Of a DNA stretch of 64,000 nt, positions 1 through 12,329 are shown piece by piece. Below the pieces are notes generated by a model. It did not search any database and was not told where the DNA came from. It saw only the letters and a program-made list of their open reading frames with translations. How positions within the stretch are numbered: the first letter of the stretch is position 1; every line of letters starts with the position of its first letter. A program made the translations under genes and the position numbers. The stretch comes from a virus. Its lineage: Duplodnaviria; Caudoviricetes. The DNA is taken from positions 416,001-480,000 of the IMG/VR virus record IMGVR_UViG_3300037484_000435; one strand, written 5' to 3'.

Positions 1-500
1 TGGTCCAGACAGAACCAGTGCCCACATAGTGGATTTTGGGAAGCGACTTTACCCGATATCTGTCATACACAAAGAGGGTATGTTAGAGGTGATTATAACA
101 GGAGATTGCCCTTCCTTTATTATTTATCGGGATTCAGAAACTCAGCAAGCTGTAACATTAGACATACACGTAGCCCCAGCCCATGACCACAGACGTATCG
201 ATCAGGGTGGCCCTGCGGTGGGCGTTTTTGATTCTTTTCAAGTATGAGGTAAAATATGAAAGAACTTAATGATGAAATAATTATATTTCCGAGTGCTTTT
301 CGAAAAATCAAAAAGGATGAGGATTTGGATGATATTCCAAAGACGTCTTTCGGGGACGTTCTCGCAAGCGTAAAACCAGAGAACCCCGAAGACCTATCTG
401 CTGATGAATTAGAAAATGCTTTCGATAGATACGGTATACCACTAAGGGTAGAACGTGCTAAGAAGCACTTTGAAAAAAATAAAAAAGGAAAAGGCAGACT

Positions 501-905
501 ATGAAGAGACGAGATTTTGTAAAACTTTCAGCGGCGGGGCTTTTAGCCTTGGCTATGCCCTTTACTTTACCACAAACAGCTACGGTACAAAACACTTTGG
601 AAGGTATGGGCTTCACGAAAAGCTATGATTTATTGAAAGTGCAGATAGGTTCTTTTAAAGGAAGCGATTTAGAACGGTCTTTTGAAGTAAACCAAGGTTA
701 TCATAACAAAAAAGGGTGGCTTCGTTTGATGAAGTACACTGAGGGAAGACAAGCAAATATCTACGGAAAAGATTACGGTTGGTTAGTTGAGTGGCGACCT
801 TATGAAAAGCACTCTCAGCTTAATTGTAAGGATGTTGATATCTACGCAAATAGTGAATTGGGACTAATTAAGAATTTAAAGAAAAATGAGTGGGAGATGA
901 TATAA
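501..905 (+). CDS. Protein with twin-arginine (Tat)-like signal peptide
   Basis: N-terminus MKRRDFVKLSAAGLLALA matches the RRxFxK consensus followed by a hydrophobic stretch. Confidence 0.65.
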   Translation: MKRRDFVKLSAAGLLALAMPFTLPQTATVQNTLEGMGFTKSYDLLKVQIGSFKGSDLERSFEVNQGYHNKKGWLRLMKYTEGRQANIYGKDYGWLVEWRPYEKHSQLNCKDVDIYANSELGLIKNLKKNEWEMI

Positions 906-1553
906 TGATACAACTAGGAACATATAAGCCTGAAGGAGGTTGGTGGTGTGCTCTGTGTTATCCCGATGCGGGAGAGCAGGGTGAGTGGTTTTGTAATGTA
1001 ACAGATGGAAAGGGGCGGTCTTCGTCCTTCATTTGTGACAAACACAAACATTTAACACTTGGTGAATTGGTGGAGCAGTTGAATAAGAGGCAGGACGAGA
1101 TGGATAAACCAGCTAAATTCGAGTTCATACGTTCTGATGGTGGTTCTCTGAGTGATGGGTGGAGGTTAGCAGAATGATTGAGTTGTTTCGTATTTTAGAG
1201 AGTAATGGGTGGTCTTGTGAACCCCATAATTTAGAACCTATTGACAATGTGAATCAGTGGAAAATTCAGCATGATAAATCCCAAGAAATTGCTAGGTTAT
1301 GGGAAGTCAAAGTTGACAACATAACCCGTTACATCGTGTTTTGGGGGCACGCCACCAAGGTAGTCACTGAATCTCCCGCCAAGGGGATCGCGAAGTCGGT
1401 CGAGTATAAACTCTTGATAGATTACGCGGATGACACTGAAGAATTGAGCAGGATGTTAAAGACAACACTCTCTAGGCTCCACCCCAAAATGGAGTCTAGC
1501 TTAGTAAAAGCAAAGCTGGTTCCTGGGTTCGATATGCTAGGAGGAGATGAATA

Positions 1554-2027
1554 ATGAAAAGAAGAGATTTTATAAAGACAGCAGGAATAGCCACAGTTAC
1601 CGGCCTGGGTGTGGCTGGGCTATCTTCCGCAGGAGTAAAAAACGAGGAACATATTCCTTGGGAGGAGATAGACCATGTAATTAAAGATTGTGGGTTTCCT
1701 AGAAATATTTATTCCAACACTACAAAAGAATCTTTGGGTGACATGGCAATAGATATAAAAACCCAGCCAGATGACATTAGAAGATTCTATAACAAATTTT
1801 TGTCAAACGGAAGTCAGTATCACCTGAACTTTGAGAGGATAGAAAATGTAAACGGAGAAAACAAATTAACTTTCGTTTATTTGGCCTTTCAAGAAATTCT
1901 TGGGGATGGGTCTAGGGGTATGTGGACTGAGCACCCTATAAAAAGGTTTTATCTGGACCCTCAAAACTGGGAGGCAGAACTTCGGGAAGTTATTACTTTA
2001 GGATTATCTAAAAAATTTAATTCTTAA
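1554..2027 (+). CDS. Protein with twin-arginine (Tat)-like signal peptide
   Basis: N-terminus MKRRDFIKTAGIATVTGLGVAGLSSA. Confidence 0.65.
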   Translation: MKRRDFIKTAGIATVTGLGVAGLSSAGVKNEEHIPWEEIDHVIKDCGFPRNIYSNTTKESLGDMAIDIKTQPDDIRRFYNKFLSNGSQYHLNFERIENVNGENKLTFVYLAFQEILGDGSRGMWTEHPIKRFYLDPQNWEAELREVITLGLSKKFNS

Positions 2028-2159
2028 TTGTCTTGGGGGATGGGGTGCTTCTCTACTATAATATTATAATTTGTTTTCGTGTTGAAACACTAATTTTATT
2101 AGACACACGAAAAAGGGTAAAGTTCCCCATCCTAAAAAATATTTTTAAAGGAAATAAAA

Positions 2160-2990
2160 ATGGAATGGCTTATTGAAGTAGACCGCTTTGATGAGGGTTA
2201 TATGAAATCAGTAATAACCGAGTTACAACGGATGGGTGTAAAATACCATATAGTAAAATACATCCCCATCAGTAATGGTTACGTTGTGTATGAAGGTCAA
2301 AAGAAGCATGTGAGTGATGTAATGGCCTTATCAAATGGTCCCCTGCTGGCCTACGGCTCTATAAATTTGATGCAAAAGATAAGTCCTTATAAGTGGTGTA
2401 GACCAGGACCGGGGGTAACTTGGGATAATTATAAGTGTTCTAATTATTATCCCTATTACTCTGAATACCTTTTTAACAATTTCGGGGATTGGTACCCCTT
2501 GCAATGGTTAGCCAAAAAATTTGATGATTTGGTTCCTTACGAAGCCTTTATTAGGCCCGACGATAGCACCAAATCTTTTAAAGGTGGGCGTTACACGAAG
2601 GAAACTTTTCTAGAAGCAATTGAAAATATAGACGAAAATATCTGGGTATATGTGGATACAGTCCCGAATGAAGAATGTTTATTAGAAGAAGAGTATAGAC
2701 TATTTTGTATCAATGGTAAAGTTATTACTGGGTCACAATATAGACAACGTGAAAAGAAAAACACTAGTCCAGAGGTTCCTACTGATGCAGTGGAGTATGT
2801 GGAATCAATGATACAATCTGTAGGTTATATGCCTGATGACGTGTTCGCAGTGGACATTGTTAAGTCGGACAGGCAATATTACTTATTAGAATTAAGTCCT
2901 TGGGCGTGTGCTGGTTTTTATGATTGTGACATACCCAAATTGGTAACAGAAATCCACAAATATTATACTGATTTAGGAAGGCCACAATGA
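2160..2990 (+). CDS. ATP-grasp domain protein (DUF4343/R2K-like)
   Basis: Motifs FIRPDDSTKSFKG, EYRLFCINGKVITGSQY and FAVDIV..YYLLELSPWACAGFY. Confidence 0.75.
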   Translation: MEWLIEVDRFDEGYMKSVITELQRMGVKYHIVKYIPISNGYVVYEGQKKHVSDVMALSNGPLLAYGSINLMQKISPYKWCRPGPGVTWDNYKCSNYYPYYSEYLFNNFGDWYPLQWLAKKFDDLVPYEAFIRPDDSTKSFKGGRYTKETFLEAIENIDENIWVYVDTVPNEECLLEEEYRLFCINGKVITGSQYRQREKKNTSPEVPTDAVEYVESMIQSVGYMPDDVFAVDIVKSDRQYYLLELSPWACAGFYDCDIPKLVTEIHKYYTDLGRPQ

Positions 2991-3355
2991 GAATAGCCCG
3001 CGGAGCCACCCGCGAAGTAATTTTAACTAAACACTACGCACTTAAAGTACCTTCTATTAGGTCATGGGAATTGTTCTTATGCGGACTACTCGCCAATACG
3101 AGCGAAAAGGTTTGGTCCGGATTCAGCCAACATTTGTGCCCTGTTTTATGGTCATTACCAGGTGGATTTTTGAGTGTGATGCCCCGTATCGACACCTTTG
3201 ACGACCACCTAGATGATGACCTTTATGAAGAGATATTCGGGGAGAAGGAAGGCTATACACTAGAATTTGTGGAGAATAAGCCGAATCATTTTGGTTACTA
3301 TCACGGGCACATTGTCGCGGTAGACTATGGCCAAGTATTTAGGAATTGGAGATGA
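2987..3355 (+). CDS. Small phage kinase-like protein
   Basis: GATREV..YALKVP N-lobe-like segment and C-terminal N.FG..HGHIVAVDYG; overlaps the ATP-grasp gene stop. Confidence 0.4.
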   Translation: MRIARGATREVILTKHYALKVPSIRSWELFLCGLLANTSEKVWSGFSQHLCPVLWSLPGGFLSVMPRIDTFDDHLDDDLYEEIFGEKEGYTLEFVENKPNHFGYYHGHIVAVDYGQVFRNWR

Positions 3356-3996
3356 CCTACGCAGAATTAGAAGACAAATTTGGCAAACGTAATATGAATA
3401 AATGTACAGAGCTCTACCGTAAGTATGTGATTGACCCAATACCAAAAGGACGCAAAGCAGTGTTGGTAGGTTTAGATACCTACTTATCCCGTATCAACCC
3501 TATTCTAGGTGGTGGGGTCAATACCAAAGAACTCTTGGAAGACCTAACGGAGTATGGTTTTTGGGACCAAGTGGTGGTCTTATCTTGGTATGTTGGTCGT
3601 ATGAAAAAAACAAAGAGGAAAAAAGACAATGAATGAGCATACTATTGCACAGAAGTTAAATGAAATTAGAAACTTGCTGTTGGAGTTACTTGAGAAAAAC
3701 GAATGTGATTCCTCCCCGCAACAACCAGTTTCACCCGAAGCGGTGCAGGGCGGAATAAGTGTGGCCGAACTTAGAGAGCGTCTGGCCGACACTACGCTGG
3801 ACCCTGAAGCACGTTTTGTGTTCTGTTCCTACGATGGTAAATTTATGCAGCCTATCGGATGGACAGATAAGAACTGGGTTGGGGACTCTAAAATCATTTA
3901 TCTTGTAGGCTATAATAATCTAAATCAGTGGTAAATAATTTACCTACTACCTCTATTATATGCCCTAAAGGGGCCGATTACAGGAGGTGATGCCAT

Positions 3997-4053
3997 ATGA
4001 TTAGATTCAAATGTAAAGGTGGTGGCAAAGGGGGAAAGGGCGGTAGAAAGTAA
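3997..4053 (+). CDS. 18-aa Gly/Lys-rich micropeptide MIRFKCKGGGKGGKGGRK
   Basis: Strong SD AGGAGGTGA upstream of ATG 3997; followed by a terminator; below the ORF-track length cutoff. Confidence 0.55.
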   Translation: MIRFKCKGGGKGGKGGRK

Positions 4054-4078
4054 TCCCCCAACCTCAAACTAAGTTAAG

Positions 4079-4105
4079 AAGCCATAGCATAGTCTATGGC
4101 TTTTT
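4079..4105 (+). terminator. Rho-independent terminator
   Basis: AAGCCATAG-catagt-CTATGGCTT followed by a T run. Confidence 0.75.
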
Positions 4106-4801
4106 ACTGTACAGTAGAGTTGGATTTGTGTACTAGTTATATAGTAGATACCCTGTCACAAAGGTAATTCAATGACAAAAAATTACAAAAAATATCTTAT
4201 TAAAAGGACACTTAGAAACGTCTTTCTGGTATTACTTTATTTTACTGGATGTATAGGTCTATTAGTAATTCTTACCTATTTATTCTCAATTTCAGTGATC
4301 GCATTTAGCATAGTTCTTGGTGCCATACTCTTAGGAACAGCACTACTTCTAGCTTATGATGAGGCTAAAGACTCTTACTGTGAACAATTATTAAGAGAAA
4401 TGGAGTGGAATGATGAACGAAGAATATGATGAAACGTTAGAGGACCAAGTAAACAGAATTCGTTTTGCTATGGATGAAATAGAGACCTCAGAATATCTCC
4501 CCAAAGAGTATTGGATTCCTGTATTTCAGGCTGTCTTGGGTTGGATGAACCAAATACAAGAAATGTCCAACGAACTGCATAATCATCGATACGAGATGGT
4601 GATGCGGAAAAACGAGGGGTTTACCAGAGATGGTATTTTGGGTGGAGATTTACAAAGTAGGATTTGGTGTATGAATTATATTGTAAATACCCTCAAAGAC
4701 CACGGATTAGATTGCACGCAAACGTGTTTAAACGAAAATATTCGTAAGGTGTATGAAACTACGGAAGAATTCAAGCGGACCAAGGATTTGGGAGCAGGAA
4801 T

Positions 4802-5389
4802 ATGAAACCTATTACCATATGGCAGTTTTGTGCGTGGTGCGGAAAAATAGCCAATTATAGAAGTGCACCAAGAGAATTATACGGGACGGATTGTGCGGAC
4901 CCTACCATTACATTCTGTAGCACGAAATGTGAAGATAAGTATGAAGAGTATAGGAGCAGTCTAAAAAAAGTATTTCCTGTAGAAGCAGCACACACTGAAG
5001 AGGTTGAACTAGATATTTCTTCTATGCGGTTGCCAGCAAACAGGCCCACACCTAAGAGGTCTATAATAGAAGTTGATAGTAATATTACGTTGGAAGATTT
5101 GATAAAAGTATTAGAAGAAAACCAAGTGGATGTCCCGCCTGGAGGCTACCACAACTATATTAAATCTGAGCAGTGGGCCCGCAAGAGTCAAGCAATGCGT
5201 AAGTATTTTAAGACATGTGCTATCTGTGATTCGGGTATCAAGCTGTGCGTGCACCACAAACACTATGAAACGGTGGGGCGAGAACGGCTTAAGGACCTGA
5301 CCGTGCTCTGCGGGGACCATCACTGGGAACATGAGGAAAAGAGGATAAAGGAGAAAAAGAAGAAGGAGGACGACAATGATAGGTCATGA
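4802..5389 (+). CDS. HNH endonuclease-like protein with N-terminal Cys motif
   Basis: CAWC..FCSTKC at the N-terminus; CAIC..VHHKHY..DLTVLCGDHH at the C-terminus. Confidence 0.7.
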   Translation: MKPITIWQFCAWCGKIANYRSAPRELYGTDCADPTITFCSTKCEDKYEEYRSSLKKVFPVEAAHTEEVELDISSMRLPANRPTPKRSIIEVDSNITLEDLIKVLEENQVDVPPGGYHNYIKSEQWARKSQAMRKYFKTCAICDSGIKLCVHHKHYETVGRERLKDLTVLCGDHHWEHEEKRIKEKKKKEDDNDRS

Positions 5390-6916
5390 GGTAGAAGAGT
5401 GGATTGATACTTGGAATCAAAAATACGAGAATCTAGAAGAGATGTATGATTTCGACTTTGCTTGGGACCTTTATGAACACACAAAAATAGCTAGGGTAAT
5501 GTTGGATGAATTAGACCATAATCTAGAGATATATACGCATATGACATTCGCTATGCTAGAAGATATGCACCCCACCCTAACCCCAGAACAAAAAGCTGAT
5601 ATACACAAGATGTATTTTAGAAACGCAGTAAACATAATAAAAGAGAGTAGGAATGGAACCAAAACTAAGAGTTGAAGTCCATGATATGTGGACAGGAGAA
5701 TTTTTACTTAGCCACCATGCTAAAGGTGGGATGACTATGTTAAAGATTAAGCAGGGCGATTACCCCGAAAGAATTATTGAAGCCCTAGAGAATGCTTTAG
5801 AATATGCTCGGGCCGAACTGTGCACAGAGGATACCAGTGAAAGTATTCAATAAAAACATGGTCTTGATTTACGAGAACAACCTAACGGGGGAGAATCTCA
5901 GAAAGCATTGGGCTACTGAATTAGGGCTGGGATACGCCCAAACTGAAGAGGGAAACTTTATACTGGCGTCCGGTAGTTTAATACAGGCTGTGGGATTAAG
6001 GGATTTGGCCAGTAAACACCAAGATGTTAGTTATGTAATTGAGCTCGCCGCCCGACGGTATGGTTACACCGAGCCTATGAGAGTTAAACCTTACGAGATT
6101 ATATGGGGAGAAGGTATAATGTTTACTGAACTAGAATTGGGAGAAGAAACGAATGTGGAATAAAGAAGAAGCTCAAAAGGCTATGGAAAAGTTAATAGAT
6201 GAAACAAATCGTGGTATTATTAAATGGCGTAGGTGGGGTTCTACAGACCCATCAGAATATACTCCCCCAGAAGAGGGGCATCAATTACACCTTACAATCC
6301 CTAACTGGACCGTTTACTACACAAAATTGGTTGGAACCCATGTAACTGTAGAAAACCATCTAGGTAATAAGTCGTTTCAAATTTATTGGGGTGCACCCGT
6401 TGGGCGGGGCGGTTCAATTATGGACATGGAAAAAGAATTACCTTTGATGGATGAATTGCTTATTACCATTCGTAATTCTAACCCTGAGTCTCTGCCTAAG
6501 TGGCGTTTTGCGTGGAAAGAAGAGAACAAGGGACCAGAATGCTGGTGGATGAAACAAGAGCATATATGGCACACAGTACGTGATACTTTGGACATTTATT
6601 TGAAGGGTGAAATTCCACATTACGCAGGGGAAAGTGTGGAAGAAACCATTTCTGAAGAAACCCTTGAAGCCCAGAAGAAAGAGAGTGAAGACCATGCCTA
6701 TGGGAGGGTGCCCCGTATACGGGAACGTTACGCTATAAACATTTGGGAACAGTTGGAACCTAAATTCGAGATTACACGTTATCAAGTTATGCACGACCTT
6801 TACAATCATGGTATGGATGAACTTGGCTCACGACAAACCTTAGAAGAATGTTATGTTGTAATAAGACAACACCACGAATATTATAATTCTCCTTACGACA
6901 AGGATAAAGTTAAAGA

Positions 6917-7699
6917 GTGGGAGAAATAAACCACATGAACATAAAATTTAATGTAATGGTGTCGACGGTACCAAAGTGCGGGACTTATTTGGGTGCAGCT
7001 TTGTTGCGGTCCATAGGGTTCATAGACCAGGAACTCCACGTGTATAATGCTGCTGCGGAAAATTATCGTGGGTTGGCGGAAGATGAGAAGATTAAGGAGC
7101 CAGTAAACACCTTCGATTTTAACTTGGTCCATCACCTACGGTGGTCACGTCCAGGCACTTTCGTAGTTGGACATCCTGGACTTGTTAAAGACTTAGTGGA
7201 CTACCTACAGACAGAAGATACCACTAAGGTAATTTACATCACACGTGATTTACGTTTGGCAGCTATTTCCCAAATGCGATTCTTAGCACGAGCCCAAGAT
7301 ATACACGCTTACGTTAAGGAAGAACCCTTTTGGACCATGAGTTTATGCCCAGAAAAAATACTTTCCTTCTTGTGCAGCAGAGCATTTCATGAATGGCTTA
7401 AATATGCACATACTCAGAAATATTGGTTAGGGGCTGAATCCTTGGATAATGTATATATAGCTAAATTTCAAGACTTAAGAAACGGGTCTAACCTTGAACC
7501 TCTGGCAGATTTTCTGGAACATAGAATAGAACCGAACTATCATGGCTTACCAACCAGAACTTATTCATCGATAAAATCGGAAGAGATTTTTGATAAATTC
7601 TGGACAGACGAACACCAGAGAATGTGGGAAACAACGGGGGCTAGTAGTCTTAACCGGACTTACGAGAGCCCGTTAGAAATTAAACGGCGGGTGGCGTGA
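6917..7699 (+). CDS. PAPS-dependent sulfotransferase-family protein
   Basis: 5'-PSB-like STVPKCGTYL and 3'-PB-like VIYITRDLR..AIS motifs. Confidence 0.7.
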   Translation: MGEINHMNIKFNVMVSTVPKCGTYLGAALLRSIGFIDQELHVYNAAAENYRGLAEDEKIKEPVNTFDFNLVHHLRWSRPGTFVVGHPGLVKDLVDYLQTEDTTKVIYITRDLRLAAISQMRFLARAQDIHAYVKEEPFWTMSLCPEKILSFLCSRAFHEWLKYAHTQKYWLGAESLDNVYIAKFQDLRNGSNLEPLADFLEHRIEPNYHGLPTRTYSSIKSEEIFDKFWTDEHQRMWETTGASSLNRTYESPLEIKRRVA

Positions 7700-10600
7700 A
7701 TGAAAACTAATAAATCCCCGATGGTGCCTTTTTGGCTCCGCGTCTTTATGATGGTTACTTACCCATTCATATGGGCGGGCCAAAAGATAAAGAAATTGTT
7801 TGAGGTCTAAATGTTAACTTACAGACGAAAATGTAAGTCCTCTCCCTGTTTTTGGGAAGACGACGTCGACCGTAAATTTGAAGAAAATCCAATAGACTAC
7901 AGGAAAGATTCTACCTATGAGTGTCCTGAGTGTGGAAAGATAAATCTAGAGATTGAATTGAAAGACGAAGGAAAAATCTGGCAAATATGGACACCAAAAG
8001 GTTGTGCTACTTTTGACCCTCGATTCTGGGACACAATTATAGATAAGTATAAAGAGGAACCCGATGATAAAACAGCTAAAGTTTAAAATATACCGCCATG
8101 AATGTTATGATTGCGGGCACACTACCTGTAGAGATTTCGTGGTAGAACAGCCAATATGCGTAGAATGTAAGTCCACCACTCCTCCAATAGTTACGGAAGA
8201 AGAGCTAATAAGGGAGATAGAACTATATGATACCTACACACCCGAAGATTATGAGCGAGCCAAAAAAGTTGCCGAGGATATTTTAGCGGGGGTGCCCTTG
8301 GAAGAAATAGATGAACTTGAGTTAGGGGACAATATAAAAGATTCACGAATACCTGCTCTCTTTATGCGAGCTTGTCTTCTATCTGGTGGCGGTGCTGTTC
8401 TAGGAGAAAAGGCGTTTACAGAATGTTCGGTTGTGGTGCTTAAAGATACCAATGACAAAACAATTAAATCGGAACGAGGAAGGTATTACTAAAATGACTC
8501 ATGAAGAAAAGGTTAAGATATTAGAAATATTTAACAGAACCACGGACACTCCTTGGACTGATGAGGAAAAACGCCAACTCATGTATAATTATAGAGTTTG
8601 GGCTGCTGCTCTAACAGGCCCAATTGTTAAACGAATAGATGAATCTGGGTTGCGAAAGTCAATCAAAGTTGTTAAGCTTAATAGGATAAAAAAGGTAAAC
8701 GGTGTGGCGGAAGCTAATCCACTGGTAGTAAAACCCGGGACCCGCTGTTGGAACGGATCGGGTTATAAGCCTTACATAGTTAAGAAGGACGGGTTAGTTA
8801 AAAGTGTCACAGCACAAGCTGCGGGGAGCTTAAGGTTAGGAAGAGTTACCCCCCGAAAATATTGATAAAATGGTAAAAAAGGTAGCTAGTGCTATAATCG
8901 ACTGTGAGGCTGGGGCGATTCTGGATTTAAGGTATCAAGACAAAAATGCTAGCATTACACTTTATGTATTCAGAGACTTCGAGGCCCACGATGACCCCAG
9001 CTTAGTAAGACAGCAGAAGATAGGAATCTTCGGATGGCAAGAATTCGCAGTGGTAGCGGAGTAAGGAGGTAAAGGTGGATAAGATAGACGTAGATGTAGT
9101 TCCTGAAAATAGGTCTATAGCTGATTGGGAATGGCACGAAGCTCACGGGGATAAACAAGCAATCGAGTATATGAATGCTTATCGAAAAGCACTATATGAT
9201 GAAAAGGACCCATGTCATAGTTTTGCAAAACGTGGCGTTGCTATGACAGCAAATTTTTTAAAATGTTATGGAAGGACCAAGGAAAGAAAAGATATGGATA
9301 CTAAATTTTTCTCCGCTAATGGAGAAGTAAATGTAGAAGAAATTTTAGAAAAAGGAAGGACTTACTACTTTCATTACCAAGGCCCCGGCCAACAAGTAGA
9401 ATCTGTAACTAAAACAAGATTATCTGGGGCCACCTATCCAATAACTACACAGAGCCTTAACGCCTTGATAGACAAAATAAACGAACTAGAAGACCGTTTA
9501 GAGAAAATAGAGCAACCGAGTTAGTAATGGGGTCAGCAAATGATAGAGAAGAAAGTAGACGTCGAATGTTGGGATTGTATGGAATTAGATGGCGAAGGGG
9601 AAAAACCTAATTTTAAGCTAATCTGTCTCAAAGGACGTGACCTATATAAAAAGGAAGGCGATCGTTGTCCTGATTATGACTGGAACGAAGTAAATGATCG
9701 CCCATGGTATGAAACGAATGAGTAGATTTTATGTGGTAGAAAACCCACTCAAAATGAAAGCAATACGAAGTGTAAAAAAAGAAAAAGATGGTAAACCTTA
9801 CTATCCTTTCAGATATTGGCCCCGCGGCGACTCAGCCTCAATGCGTGCAGTATGCAACATGTCACGTCGGTGGGAACGTTACTCAATAGCCCGTGACCTG
9901 TTATGGGATAAGGGTCTAGAGGTGCCTGCAAAAGTAAACGATATGATAGACAAGTCAGAAAAATGGTTAGAAGGTTGGGGATTTCTCTGTATGCAGGATA
10001 TGCCACCTGATTTTCAAAAAGTGCTGAATGAACATTTTTGGGAGTTAATTTAATGCTCGACATACTAACTATCAAAAGAGCTCGGCAAGTTCTAGAAGAA
10101 ATAAAAGATTGGGCCCTCTGCCCCATATGCCAAGGCAAGGTGCAGGATGTTTTTGATTTGGAGACACCTGTATGCAAGGTGTGCCATGGGTGGGGCCGAG
10201 TAGCCCCAAAGGAGAATATTCAAGATGGCTAAATTAATTTGTTCTAAGTGTGGGAGTAAAAAATTTGAACCGTGGTCCAGCTCAACCCTAATGATAGGGC
10301 CAAATAAGCACACTTATACTTGTGCTCAATGCGGAAACCAAGAAGAGGTATGGGATAGTGGGGAGGCTTTCCAGCCCATGGAAGTTAACATTAGTCCTAA
10401 GGACAGAGTAGTAAAGAGGTAAAATTATGACAAACATAGTAGCAGGAAAAGTAGAGTTTTGTGACTCCAAAAAGGTTTTGGACATTCTGTATAACGAAAA
10501 TTTGGGCCATGTTTTAGTGGGTAATTATGTTCGTTTTGATGTGATAGTTAAGTACGGAAATTCACTATTAAATAGTGTGCCCATGAAGATTAAACTTAGT

Positions 10601-11525
10601 GTAGCAAACAGCCACATTAAAGTATCTATAGACCCATTTACCAATGAGGGTCGTACCGTAGCGTGCGTTGTATTAGATTCCGACGCTTCTGGCTGTAGTA
10701 ACATAATACCCTATGTGGACATAAATTATCTGCAGGAAAATGGTTATGGGTATGTAAGAAAAAACTACGGGGAGTGTGTGAGTTTAATAGATTACGCTGT
10801 TGCCACTAAGCAGGTATATACCACTATGCTTGATAGATACAGAGACAGAGATAAGCAAGGTATGCTGGAACTTATAGATAAGATTGAAAAAGACCTTGAT
10901 CGACTAAGGTGTTTAGCAACAGGTACATGAGTATGAAGACTGTTGAAGACCTAATAGCAATATTACAAACGTTACCTCCTAAATCCCGAGTGATTGTGGG
11001 GGATGATGATGAAGGAACTATAAAAGAAGTAGCCGACTTGGTGGTAAGCGATTCTAAATACTATAAGCGGTATGAAAGGAATGACTCTCCAGTTGTTGAG
11101 TTAACTGTAGAAAAGATGGACGAGTTTTGGGATAGTTGGGTAGAAGAGTTTGGTGAGGACCCTAGGGAAAAGAGGATGCCCAAAGAGTTTAAACCCAAAG
11201 TAGAAAAAATTCCCAGAGAAATTGGATTTTATACTAATGAAAAAACGCCCGCCGAGGTAAAAGAAATATATGAATTCATGCACCAAAAAGGTTATGTTAT
11301 TATAGGGGCGGAAGTTAACGGAGAATTTGACCAACGAGACTACCTAAAAGGTACTAGAAAAATATCTGTAAAATACTTCTACAGGTTGCAGGATGCGGAC
11401 TTCATGGAAGAGCCCGTTTACCGCTGTGTAATTACTGCCCCAGGTGCCCACGGCAGTGTGTGGATACTAGGAGAAGACCCCGTTACAAAATACTTAGAGC
11501 GGGTGGCTTATTAGGGGAGGGGAAA

Positions 11526-11885
11526 ATGAATCTAAAAGACGTTTGTAATGAAGATGAGCTTATAACTCGTGTGTTTCATTTTCACCAACAACCTCTAAGT
11601 CTAACGTTAATGGGAGATGAATGGTATATTTACCCACGTGAGTGGTGTGAACGTATAGGTTTACAATGGCAACCACAAAGCAAGAAGTTTCGACGGAGTG
11701 CAGAATTAGGTTGCCAACAAATAGAGGTTTTGGGTAAAGATGGGAAAGTAAGATTAGAATTCTATTTGCCACTGGCACGAGCACGACAATGGTTAGAAAG
11801 TATGCAACCTAAACGTCTTAGCGAATATGTCCAAGAACGGTTGGCACAATATCAATATGAATTACTGGACTTATTGGGGCAGTAA
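11526..11885 (+). CDS. Phage antirepressor N-terminal domain protein (P22 Ant-like)
   Basis: CERIGLQWQPQSKK..GKDGK..YLPL..ARQWL pattern; ATG 11526 with GGGAGG RBS preferred over GTG 11460. Confidence 0.6.
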   Translation: MNLKDVCNEDELITRVFHFHQQPLSLTLMGDEWYIYPREWCERIGLQWQPQSKKFRRSAELGCQQIEVLGKDGKVRLEFYLPLARARQWLESMQPKRLSEYVQERLAQYQYELLDLLGQ

Positions 11886-12329
11886 ATGAAACGACAACTT
11901 AGAGACCTACAAAAGTTGTATAAGTTTGCTAATGACCGTAATATAGTGATTGAGGAAGTATCAAAATTCGAGAATGAATACGCAATAGGACAGTACTTAG
12001 GACGTTTTGATTTTACTCTAGGCGACGATCCTGATTATCTACAAAATATACATGTGCGAATCAAATCGGGTTTAAATCCTGTACTGCGTTTGTCTACTAT
12101 TGCACACGAAATAGGTCACGACAAACATGCGTTCGAGATGAGCAGCTCGTTAAAAAGTGAGATGTTGGCGTGGGATGAGGGGGAGAAGTTGTTGCAGCAA
12201 TTAAAAATCCGGATACCCCAAGGCTTCTATCGGGCTTGGCAAAACCATAAAGAATCCATTCTGTTTCTACAGAAAATGCATCGTTTAGTGAGAATAATCG
12301 AAAAGGAGAAAAATGACTTGGTATCCTAA
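11886..12329 (+). CDS. ImmA/IrrE-like zinc metallopeptidase
   Basis: TIAHEIGH (HExxH) followed by E.LAWDEG. Confidence 0.6.
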   Translation: MKRQLRDLQKLYKFANDRNIVIEEVSKFENEYAIGQYLGRFDFTLGDDPDYLQNIHVRIKSGLNPVLRLSTIAHEIGHDKHAFEMSSSLKSEMLAWDEGEKLLQQLKIRIPQGFYRAWQNHKESILFLQKMHRLVRIIEKEKNDLVS

